Shown piece by piece: positions 1 through 9,016 of a stretch of 21,914 nucleotides of DNA. The position numbers and the translations under genes are program-made. Every line of letters begins with the position of its first letter. Positions within the stretch are counted from its first letter, which is position 1. Source of the DNA: an uncultured virus (IMG/VR IMGVR_UViG_2061766007_000877) (taxonomy: Duplodnaviria > Heunggongvirae > Uroviricota > Caudoviricetes); IMG/VR virus record IMGVR_UViG_2061766007_000877. One strand, given 5' to 3'. A model generated the notes under the pieces. The model did no database searches. It saw only the letters and a list, made by a program, of their open reading frames with translations, and was not told the DNA's origin.

Positions 1-171
1 CCGTATGTTGAACTAATAAGCTTACTAGATAAAGTTGAAGAACACATTGATAAGCATGGCGTACCTTCATCATTCGAGAGTGTAGGTAAGGAATTTGCTG
101 AGTCCTTGAATCGTTACAACAGTATTCTTAAAGACTCATGTGTTGGTATAATGAAAGACGCCTATAAATAA
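1..171 (+). CDS. Hypothetical protein, 5'-truncated by the window edge
   Basis: Frame 1 is open from base 1 (PYVELISLLDKVEEHIDKHG...MKDAYK) to TAA 169-171. A coding-like continuation runs in the same frame to TGA at 247-249. Confidence 0.6.
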   Translation, partial: PYVELISLLDKVEEHIDKHGVPSSFESVGKEFAESLNRYNSILKDSCVGIMKDAYK

Positions 172-245
172 TATCTACAGAATAGTAAACGTAACCTATT
201 TTCAAAGGAGCAGTATGATACTCACATAACTTATTTCGAGCTGAG

Positions 246-491
246 GTGATTATCANNNNNNNNNNNNNNNNNNNNNNNNNNNNNNNNNNNNNNNNNACTA
301 ATAAGCATAGACTAGACACTTTTCTTACTGTTCTTAAAGGTTATCTGCAAGGAGCATTGGCTGTTTGCGATAGTGTAGAAGATAATAAGAATTTATTTCC
401 GACGTGGAATGATAATGTAACCACTTATATAACAGCTGCATTAGATTTGATTTACGAAATGGAGAATTGCAATGGAAACAAACATAAGTGA
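246..491 (+). CDS. Hypothetical protein (start probably inside the N block)
   Basis: ORF track; GAGGTG RBS-like sequence just before the masked block; overlaps the next gene. Confidence 0.55.
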   Translation: MIIXXXXXXXXXXXXXXTNKHRLDTFLTVLKGYLQGALAVCDSVEDNKNLFPTWNDNVTTYITAALDLIYEMENCNGNKHK

Positions 492-753
492 TATATTATC
501 AATAATGTCGTTATTAGAGTCAGCTGTATCAGGCAACCTATTAAACAACCAACCTGTTGATGGTCAGTTGTTTGCACTTTATTTGAATCTTAATAAAGTA
601 ATTGCTGAGTATCTTGACAATTCAGAGCCATCTAATGACGTTGGAAAGGCTGCTCTTGAAAAGCTGCATGAATATATAAAGAATAAGCAAAGTATCTTAG
701 ATAGGAAATGTGCACTTGATGTAACAGGTGAATATGAAGGAGTAAGTAGATAA
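472..753 (+). CDS. Hypothetical helical protein, 93 aa
   Basis: GGAG RBS upstream; stop overlaps the next start (TAATG). Confidence 0.7.
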   Translation: METNISDILSIMSLLESAVSGNLLNNQPVDGQLFALYLNLNKVIAEYLDNSEPSNDVGKAALEKLHEYIKNKQSILDRKCALDVTGEYEGVSR

Positions 754-1870
754 TGTTATTCGTAAATGAAAAGTATACACCTATTCACAAAATTATGAAT
801 GAAGCCACAATGAAAGGCGGTGGTGCAAATAGTGACTACACAAAGTACGGTTACAAATATGCACTTGCTGTTATTGACAAACTACTTAGTGGTGGCGAAG
901 TTCGTTTAGGTGGTAAAGGTGATAGTGGCAGTGTATCTGGTAAANNNNNNNNNNNNNNNNNNNNNNNNNNNNNAAATGCACTTAAAAAGAACATTGATGG
1001 TTCAACAGTGGAAGACTTCAATGACGCTGTAAAAGACCTTAACCTTAAATGGACAAACATATTCAAAGGCGATGTTACAGGTTATTCAGATGGCTTAGCA
1101 TCAAAGAATAAAGGTAACGCATTTGAACAAGAATTTGTTGCTGACTTTGAAAAGTATGAGCCTGAAATCAAAAAGATGGTTGACTACAACGAAATCGTTG
1201 ATGTTAAACCTGATGGTGGTCTAAATCAAAAGCGACCTCTTACATTTGGCTCAGGTTCAATCACATGTGGTCCTGCAGGTGATTACAACATTGGCCACAC
1301 TGTTACAGACATTACACTTACTACTGATGAAGGTGAAAAGATTTACCTGTCATTAAAATATGGTAACACAGTTACATTCGTCAATGCAGGTATTAAGAAA
1401 CTATTCACAAAAGAATTCTTTGATGNNNNNNNNNNNNNNNNNNNNNAACCCTTCTTGATATGTTCTGCATTGATGAAGACAGATTCAGAGACGTGTTTGC
1501 AAATTACAAAGGTAAGGGTGATGGCAAACGACAGAAAGCTAACAAGCAGGTCGAAGATATCACAAGTAAATTGAAAGCTAACAAAGTATTTAAGAACTTC
1601 GTTAAATCCGTTATCGGATATGGATTTATCATGGTTCATAAAACTAGTAAAGGCGATGTAGAATTTATCAACTTCTTAGATGAAAGTGACCTTAACAAGT
1701 TCGTTTCAAAGATTGATTCTGCAACGATTCTATATCCTACTGGCGGAACTGAAAAACGTGTTGACATTGTAGTCAGATACAAGAGCATTGAAATCAAGTT
1801 CAATATTCGTAGTAAAGATGGTGGTGTATTGCCAACACACATCATGGCTGATTACAAATTTCTAAAGTAA
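753..1870 (+). CDS. PD-(D/E)xK restriction-endonuclease-like protein with MLFVNEKY leader (ORFs 753-1574 and 1460-1870 joined across the N block at 1426-1446)
   Basis: Motifs KGNAFE...VTDITL...YLSLK (E-D-SxK variant); C-terminus KFNIRSKDGGVLPTHIMADY; the frame change coincides with the N block; AAGGAG RBS. Confidence 0.7.
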
Positions 1871-1881
1871 ATAGAAAATAA

Positions 1882-1911
1882 AAACCCTCTATGAAATTTC
1901 ATAGAGGGTTT
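1882..1911. terminator. Perfect 30-bp palindrome, probable bidirectional terminator between convergent nuclease genes
   Basis: aaaccctctatgaaatttcatagagggttt equals its own reverse complement and has A/T-rich flanks. Confidence 0.75.
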
Positions 1912-1933
1912 AGTTGTATTATAAAATAATGAA

Positions 1934-3248
1934 TTATAGGATTGACATTACAATCCAGAACTTGCCGCCGTCTGACTTAAAAGCGGCCTTTACTTTATAA
2001 CCTTTGCACTCGTCACTCTTAACATACTTTACAATGTCATTGTATAATTTGCAGTTACCAGTCTCATTCCAAACTAATACAGCATTAGCACAAGAATTGC
2101 TCTTTTCACCAAATTTGCCTTTACCTGATAAAGCTTCAACGATTAGCTGATCTCTAACCTCTGCATCAGATGTTACATAGTCAAGTATTGTTTCACCGAA
2201 TGCTTTCTTTATTAAAGACATTCTAGCAAGCTCTTGTATATCGCTATCTTCATTGTCTAGCAAAGTATCTGCTATATCTTCTACATCTTTTCCTAACAAG
2301 CTTTTTACTTTTTNNNNNNNNNNNNNNGCTATCAAAGTTGCTTCTTGTTTTTGCAGACTTCTTGTTAAGCTCTAAAATTCTATTTGAAAATTCGTTTATA
2401 AAATTAGAGTCTTTTTTAGCATTTTCTATAGCTGTAGTTATAATAGCAAGAGAGTCACATACAGAACTGGATGCAAGTCGGGCTCTATCTTTGTCTGAAT
2501 CGACTTTTTTCATTGAGNNNNNNNNNNNNNNNNNNNNNNNNNNNNTCATTATTAACAGTGCCACCGAAATCTTTGTAGTGACCTTTATCTTCCCATGTTG
2601 GATCTGCATTATCTTTACCGGTATATCTTACTAGATCTGTTTTAATACCAGCATCTGTTAGTGACGTATATATTTTCTTAAAAAATTCATTCTTATCATC
2701 ATCTGTTCGTTTACCGTTTGCTTCCATGTCACCACTAAACTCGTAAGACGACCAGTCCCAGTCTTTAGGTAATTTTCCTTCATTCTTTCTTAATAAATTA
2801 AATGCGTCGCACACTATATACTCAACTTTCTCACCCCAGCTTCTACCGCGACTTTTTGATTTACTACCTTGTACGCCTTTAACTTCATTTGACTTATATA
2901 TAAACGACCAACCATTTGTTTCATTTAAACCGTTATTTTTATTTGCATTAGCATTGATTATCTTTTTAGCTTTATCAGTTAGCCATTCATTAAAAAATAA
3001 CTTATTGAAATTTTCAACATTACTTGGTNNNNNNNNNNNNNNNNNNNNNNNNNNNNNNNNNNNNNNNNNNNNNNNNNNTCGGACTTTGATGATTTAGGTG
3101 CAGGCTGTACTTCAATCTGACCAGTCGTTTTCATAATGTTCATAACTGATGACACATACTTATTGAAGTTGGCATTCGTAAGTAAATTTTCATTTACTAT
3201 ATGAGTTAATTTATCTAAAGACTCATAGCATTTGCTAATAAATAACAT
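1934..3248 (-). CDS. PD-(D/E)xK-like nuclease with MLFISKCY...IVNE leader (one gene of roughly 430 aa split by three N blocks)
   Basis: Manual translation: MLFISKCYESLDKLTHIVNE...[N]PSNVENFNKLF...WSFIYK...WGEKVEYIVCDAFN...FGGTVNN[N]SMKK...[N]...EALSGKGKFGEKSNSCA...MSIL*. Motif I Glu and SxK are visible; the expected Asp lies in the masked block. Confidence 0.6.
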
Positions 3249-3265
3249 ATATACCTCTAATAAAA

Positions 3266-4147
3266 TTATTCTGATAAGAATTTCTTAAACTGCTCTAAAT
3301 CTTTTGCATCTTGATTTGCTTTTGTNNNNNNNNNNNNNNNNNNNNNNNNNNNNNNNNNNNNNNNNNNNNNNNNNNNNNNNNNCTTTTGATTTTTATCAGA
3401 CAAGTAGATCTTTGTGTCTTCAATGTCAAAGTATGGATTTTCAATTTCACCATTTACTTTGATGATTGATTGTTTATCATCAAACCTTACCGAAGATACC
3501 TTGCATTGCTTTTTGAGTCCTGCGATTACATCGTCTCGTTGGCTTAACGGTAAATCCTTTGAGCCATTTGAATAGTATCTTGCAAAGGCTGTTATGTCAA
3601 AGTATTTGAGCAGATTATCTGCAGTATTCTTAAATATAGAATACTCATTATTTAATGCAGTAATGAAAAATTCTACACCCTTCTTAGTGTAATAATCACT
3701 TATCCACTCTGCAAACACACTTGCATCTAAATCAAACATAATCTTACTAGAGTGTGGCTCCGTCAACTTCACAAAGTTATCGAAGTTATCATTTATATAA
3801 GACATGATTTTTGATGCAGCATCATTCTGATCTGCAGTTTCTGAACATTCAAAGAATCTTTTATCGCCATCTTCAACAAGCTTTATTCCAAATCCTGTTG
3901 ACTGCGCACCAACTTTCTTTTTACCATTCTCTGTCATTTTACATTCAATATAGAACTTATCGTCTACAAGAATGTCTGACACGGTTTTATTATTCCCACC
4001 TTTAACAGTGAACTTATGATCTGGAAATTGCTTTCGAAGATATCTCGCACATTTAGACTCGAACCTATCAGAGTCTTTTGTCTCATTAACTATGTTCTTA
4101 GTAAGAATCCTATTTAGTGATTCATACTTTTCATTTACAAATAGCAT
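3266..4147 (-). CDS. PD-(D/E)xK restriction-endonuclease-like protein with MLFVNEKY...IVNE leader
   Basis: Canonical motif RFE...VSDILVDDKFYIECK; 293 aa ORF; AGGT RBS. Confidence 0.75.
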   Translation of the reverse strand: MLFVNEKYESLNRILTKNIVNETKDSDRFESKCARYLRKQFPDHKFTVKGGNNKTVSDILVDDKFYIECKMTENGKKKVGAQSTGFGIKLVEDGDKRFFECSETADQNDAASKIMSYINDNFDNFVKLTEPHSSKIMFDLDASVFAEWISDYYTKKGVEFFITALNNEYSIFKNTADNLLKYFDITAFARYYSNGSKDLPLSQRDDVIAGLKKQCKVSSVRFDDKQSIIKVNGEIENPYFDIEDTKIYLSDKNQKXXXXXXXXXXXXXXXXXXXTKANQDAKDLEQFKKFLSE

Positions 4148-4156
4148 ATTATTACC

Positions 4157-5200
4157 TTAAAGACATTTTGCCAGTATAGTCTCTNNNNNNNNNNNNNNNN
4201 NNNNNNNNNNNNTGTGACTAAGAATCTTTTTATAGTCGGCAAAAGTTCGTTTATCTTTAATGAAAAAGAAATCACCAGTTACACCGTTAATAAGTATAAA
4301 GTATTTGAATCCTTCTAACAACTGATATAGATATATTTGTGTGCAGTTAACTATATCAGCGAGCTCTCTTGCAGACATGTTTTCTTTTAACAAAGACTCT
4401 GCTTGTTTATACAGCATAGGTAACTGTACAGCTTCATAATTTCCAGTATCATCTTTTCTAGCATATTGTTTGCAAACACCGTCTACAAGTGCTTTTGCAA
4501 CGCTAGACTTTTTGCCACCAGAAGACAAGTAAGCGCTCATACGATTATTAAATAGACAAATATTTTTATCAAGCATATAATTGCAATGATTATCATCTAT
4601 GCCAAATAAGTGGTCTATTTCTTCACATATAATAATAGGACTCTTTACATCGAGCTGACCATCAGCATGAGCGCCGTCACGATTATGACATTTCACTTCT
4701 AAGAAATCCGTATCTAGTATGCCAACATCACCTTTACTTTTTGGTGATGTTCCCTCTTTAAGTACCATTCGCAGTAGTAGCTCAAAATCACCAGATGCAA
4801 TGTCACTTTTGCTTTGAGGCTTCAATTTAGAAATCTTTTTTGCTTCTGATTGAAAATTAAAGCAAGATTCGTTGTATATATTACCAGTCTCTGGTAGATC
4901 ATTCACAGATATTACGCCATCGTTGTAGACAATGTGTTTTAAGGCCTTTACATTTGAATCTTCGTTAAAGATTTTGACTATAACACTTATAGGATCGTCT
5001 TCACCTTTAATGCAAATGCCATGCTTCTTGAAGAATTCTTCATAATGACTATCTGACTTTGCTTTGTTTATTTCACTAATGTTAGAAGCATCTTTGAACA
5101 AACGTGGTAGGTCTTTATCACTAATGTTTAATGTCAAAAGATAGTCATTCAACGAGCACATTCCACGTGTAGACAGTCTGCATTCTTTACGTTTAGGCAT
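4157..5200 (-). CDS. PD-(D/E)xK restriction-endonuclease-like protein (no leader)
   Basis: GDFELLL...KGDVGILDTDFLEVK motif; AGGAG RBS; exact 3' end uncertain because of the N block (alternative frame RDYTGKMSLR*). Confidence 0.68.
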   Translation of the reverse strand: MPKRKECRLSTRGMCSLNDYLLTLNISDKDLPRLFKDASNISEINKAKSDSHYEEFFKKHGICIKGEDDPISVIVKIFNEDSNVKALKHIVYNDGVISVNDLPETGNIYNESCFNFQSEAKKISKLKPQSKSDIASGDFELLLRMVLKEGTSPKSKGDVGILDTDFLEVKCHNRDGAHADGQLDVKSPIIICEEIDHLFGIDDNHCNYMLDKNICLFNNRMSAYLSSGGKKSSVAKALVDGVCKQYARKDDTGNYEAVQLPMLYKQAESLLKENMSARELADIVNCTQIYLYQLLEGFKYFILINGVTGDFFFIKDKRTFADYKKILSHXXXXXXXXXXETILAKCL

Positions 5201-5578
5201 TATAAACTCCTACAATAAGATGAACCAATCAACGAATTGTAGTTATTATATACACAGAATTGAGTTACTGTTTAATTTTACACAGTAAATGCAGGAAAAT
5301 AATGGCAGACACAGTTTGATACAGACTATATTTAATCTTAATGAAACACAGACTGATTCTGTATCAGAATGTAACAACTTATAATAAATAATGAGATATT
5401 CATTTCTAATGCAGCTTTATGTATATCTATAATCTGATTAGATATTATTTACCTATAACGAGGGTACAAAATGATATTTGCAATAATACTAATCTGTACA
5501 ATACTTGGTGGAATGATAGGCTATACAACTGCGTTGTATTTGCATAACGATAATAAATAATTTGAAAGGCTATACACA

Positions 5579-6037
5579 ATGAAAAGACTAACATTAGAAG
5601 AAAGAATTGATCGTCTTGAGAGACTGTTTAATAAGAACGAATCTTCTGAAGATGATAGTTGGCGTTATATAGAACCTAAGGATAAAATTATTAAAGATTG
5701 GTTTGAGCGAGTTAACCGTCTTATAAGAAAGAATTGGGAAGTAACATCACAAACTGACAATGAAAAGTTATCAGAGACAATTTTAGAAAAAGATGATCAA
5801 ATAATTGTGTATCGTGTTGTTGACTACGCAATACCTTCAACAGGTGAGCGTGAGCTTCACTGTATTTATACATATGACGACAATAGTCCTTATGAGTCAT
5901 ACGAAAGTGAATCAGAAGTTGATGTTTGGAAACAAGACGGCAGAGATCCTAACAAATTTTATCTTAACGATGCTGGAATGACTTATAGTGAATATAAAAG
6001 ATCCTTTAGAAAAGGCAAACCTTTTATCAGTAAATAG
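5579..6037 (+). CDS. Hypothetical protein beginning with the LEERIDRLERL motif
   Basis: 152 aa ORF, GAAAGG upstream; N-terminus MKRLTLEERIDRLERLFNKNE. Confidence 0.8.
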   Translation: MKRLTLEERIDRLERLFNKNESSEDDSWRYIEPKDKIIKDWFERVNRLIRKNWEVTSQTDNEKLSETILEKDDQIIVYRVVDYAIPSTGERELHCIYTYDDNSPYESYESESEVDVWKQDGRDPNKFYLNDAGMTYSEYKRSFRKGKPFISK

Positions 6038-6059
6038 TAATTAGCAATGGCATTGCATT

Positions 6060-7462
6060 ATGAAAGAAATACAAGGACTTGAAAATTATTCATATGACGA
6101 AATCGTTGATCTTATCAACGATTTTATCATTGATAAGATTTGGGATAACTGGCATTCGGCTGATGATATTAAACTTAATGATATAAGATTACACGGATCA
6201 AGATTACGAAATCAAGCTAAATCAACATCTGATTTAGATGCTGTTGTTGAATATGATGGTGATATTCGTGAAGATGATTTCTTTAATATACTAAATGATG
6301 ACCCGTTATATATTGATGACGTTAGAGTTGACATAAATCCAATTAAAGAGGATTTAGATTTATATATGAAAAGGTCAGCTGATTATGATAGACATAAATT
6401 AAGTCTCGAATACCGATTAAGAAAATTAGAACAGCTGATATGTGAAGGTAAGAAAGACCAAGAGGTACTTCGTGGTTTTCTTGGTGACGATTATTACGAC
6501 AGGTTCCAACTAATAAAAGACAAAATTAAAGACCCTGACTACAAGGACGTATATAAAATAATCAAACAAGATCCTGATGATATTAAAAGCTATATAGACA
6601 ATTTCAAATCACAAAGAGATTTACGTTCTGCAGCAAAAGGTTCAGGTGCAAAATTAATCTACAGAGATGATGATTGGAGTGTATATAGAATAACAACTTA
6701 TGATGCAGCTGCATTATATGGAAAGAATACAAAGTGGTGTATCACTGGAAGATATCCTGGGTCAGAGTCAGAAGGTGAAAGATACTTCAATGATTACATA
6801 AATGACTATAATCTTGATGGCGGTTATTACTTTTATATAAATAGACACGATCCTGCTGTTAAGTATTGTGTATTGCAAGATGATAACAATAATATCCACT
6901 CGATATGGGATGCCGCTGACAACGATCTTGGCGATAAATTTGCATCTGTTTACATAAGACAAAATGTAATGCTGCCACCTATTGATGAAATACCCGCATC
7001 TGAAANNNNNNNNNNNNNNNNNNNNNNNNNNNNNNNNNNNNNNNNNNNTTAATAAAAGATGGCATAGATCCTATGATTATAATTGAAGATGGCGTGCCTG
7101 CACTTATGTATGCCTGTGTTTATGGGGCTGACACATCTGTTGCTGAAACTCTATTACGATGCGGTGCCGATCCAAATGATGGAGGTGTTAAATCACCACC
7201 ACTTATATTTTTAACAAGATTTGGCGATTTAGCAGGTGTTAAGGTGTTATTAGAATTTGGAGCTAATCCTAATTTAACAGACCATAGAAATCATACTGCA
7301 CTGTATTACGCAGTAAAATTTGATTTTTATGAATGTGCAGCTTCACTTGTTGAATACGGTGCTGATGCTAGTATATCTGTGGATGGTGAGACAGTTTATG
7401 ATATTGCAGCGAACGATCCTAATGCAGGTTCTCTATTCAATGCAATAAATTCAGAAGGATAA
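6060..7462 (+). CDS. Multidomain protein: pol-beta-superfamily nucleotidyltransferase + LE.R.LE linker + TKWCI domain + ankyrin repeats (ORFs 6060-7052 and 7073-7462 joined across the N block)
   Basis: hGS...DLD...D motif (LHGSRLRNQAKSTSDLDAVVEY...VDINPI); YGKNTKWCIT; ankyrin-like LLRCGADPN, LLEFGANPNLTD...TALYYA, LVEYGADAS; the frame is open upstream of 7073 (LIKDGIDP). Confidence 0.72.
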
Positions 7463-7467
7463 TCATA

Positions 7468-7756
7468 ATGACTATAAAGAATAAACTAANNNNNNNNNNN
7501 NNNNNNNNNNNNNNNNNNNNNNNTTAGAAAGAATTGTTAGTGAACGCCGTAAAATGACCAATGAGGCCATTCCTGATGCACTTGCTAAAGTTGCACCAAT
7601 TCTTTCAAAGAATCTTCCTGCATTTTTAGAAGTATTACCTAAAGAGATACCTTTAATGATTAAAGCTCTTGAAAGTGATACCATNNNNNNNNNNNNNNNN
7701 NNNNNNNNNNNNNNNNNNNNNNNNNNNNTAAGAAACTTAGTGAGATGTTCAAGTAA
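7468..7756 (+). CDS. Small hypothetical protein with a LERIVSE-type leader
   Basis: ATG 7468 after AAGGA: MTIKNKL[N]LERIVSERRKMTNEAIPDALAK...[N]KKLSEMFK*. The end could alternatively be 7766. Confidence 0.6.
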
Positions 7757-7776
7757 CCTGCAATAATTATTCAAAT

Positions 7777-7822
7777 AATAAAACCCACTATGTATATAAA
7801 TCTGTACATAGTGGGTTTTATT
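7777..7822 (+). terminator. Hairpin terminator of the AAACCC...GGGTTT family
   Basis: 18-bp perfect arms aataaaacccactatgta / tacatagtgggttttatt with a 10-nt loop. Confidence 0.75.
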
Positions 7823-7846
7823 TATCTTTGAAGATTTGAGGTTTTT

Positions 7847-8306
7847 ATGAGTCTTAAAAGCTTGTATAAGATATATAATAANNNNNNNNNNNNNNNNNNN
7901 AGACTGTGATATTACAGGATATCGTATCAAAAGTATAGACGAATTTGAAAAATGCAATGGTGGCGTTTGTTGGGATTTCATGGCACCTATATCAGATGAA
8001 ATAAATAAGATCCCATACATACATCATTGTTATTTCACTGAAGTACAGAAGGGAGGTAAAATGATTGCCTCCCATACATACATCATTGTTCGTGATACAC
8101 CTTTTCATTATTGGATTGAATGTGCTTGGCAAAAGAACAAAGGTGTTCATTTTATATTTTCATATAAAGATATAGAGCGATTATTAAAAGAAGAATACAA
8201 TGCAGATGAAGTTCATACCATTGTGTACGATCCTAGTGCAGTAGAAGGTTATACAGCTAATGAATTTTTCGAGTATCTTAATAAAGAAGGAGCTGAACTG
8301 TCATAA
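7847..8306 (+). CDS. Transglutaminase/papain-like fold protein (putative Cys-His-Glu triad)
   Basis: True start at ATG 7847 after GAGG. Extending ORF 7980 upstream gives NGGVCWDF, followed by SHTY and YWIECAW. Confidence 0.55.
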
Positions 8307-8653
8307 TGGGATGTATTTCAAACTTTCTTGATGATACAATAGAAGCTATTCATTCAGCACGTTACAGAATGGTGCCGTACACTGAAGACGATGTAACATC
8401 TGTAAGTGTAGGCGGTGATGTCATTACGTGGGAATGCTTTAAGAATTCAGCAAAAGACTTGTATTGGGATCCTACATGTGGAACATGTTATATACGTGAT
8501 GATATTCTTATATGCTTGCCACACCATATACTATATTTAGAAGAATATGATGATTACCTTAGATGGTTATCCGTTGGCAAGGTTAGTGAAGAACCTGATG
8601 AGTCAATCACATATATAAAATTACGACCAAATAATTATGAAGAGGATTTGTAA
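8306..8653 (+). CDS. Hypothetical protein, paralogue of 12421-12783
   Basis: Shares SNFLD.T, TE.D..SV.VG.D..TWECFK.S.KD..WD and RP..Y.E with 12421; TAATG coupling. Confidence 0.8.
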   Translation: MGCISNFLDDTIEAIHSARYRMVPYTEDDVTSVSVGGDVITWECFKNSAKDLYWDPTCGTCYIRDDILICLPHHILYLEEYDDYLRWLSVGKVSEEPDESITYIKLRPNNYEEDL

Positions 8654-8988
8654 TGAAAGTAAAAGATGTTATTGATGCTGTTACAAATAAACCATTCTAT
8701 TCATTATATGATGTAGACGAATACTTTATTGACAATTACGGTGAATGTCTACATGAAGTATATAACACGGACAAGTCAATAGAGTACTTACAGGATGTAG
8801 ANNNNNNNNNNNNNNNNNNNNNNNNNNNTGTTGCTGCAACAATTTTATATAAGTGTGACGACGGTGTTGTTGGAGTGCATGGTGTTTACTGGATTCCATT
8901 TGATGGTATTCAGTATGAAGATATAGGGGAGCTGTGTACAGCACAGGAATACATACTAGAGAACAAACAGATATACGTTCCTAAATAA
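8653..8988 (+). CDS. Hypothetical phage protein
   Basis: 111 aa ORF, GAGGA RBS, TAATG coupling. Confidence 0.75.
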   Translation: MKVKDVIDAVTNKPFYSLYDVDEYFIDNYGECLHEVYNTDKSIEYLQDVXXXXXXXXXXVAATILYKCDDGVVGVHGVYWIPFDGIQYEDIGELCTAQEYILENKQIYVPK

Positions 8989-8990
8989 TT

Positions 8991-9012
8991 AAAGCCCTCA
9001 TAAGAGGGCTTT
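8991..9012. terminator. Bidirectional intrinsic terminator
   Basis: aaagccctc-ataa-gagggcttt followed by a T-rich tail, between convergent genes. Confidence 0.75.
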
Positions 9013-9016
9013 TGTT

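Noticed and set aside
753..5200. Classical restriction-modification system
   Set aside because: No methyltransferase motifs are seen in any ORF in the window.
5201..5578. CRISPR or mini-array in the ACACAG repeat region
   Set aside because: The repeats are only 6 bp with irregular spacing; no cas genes or long direct repeats.
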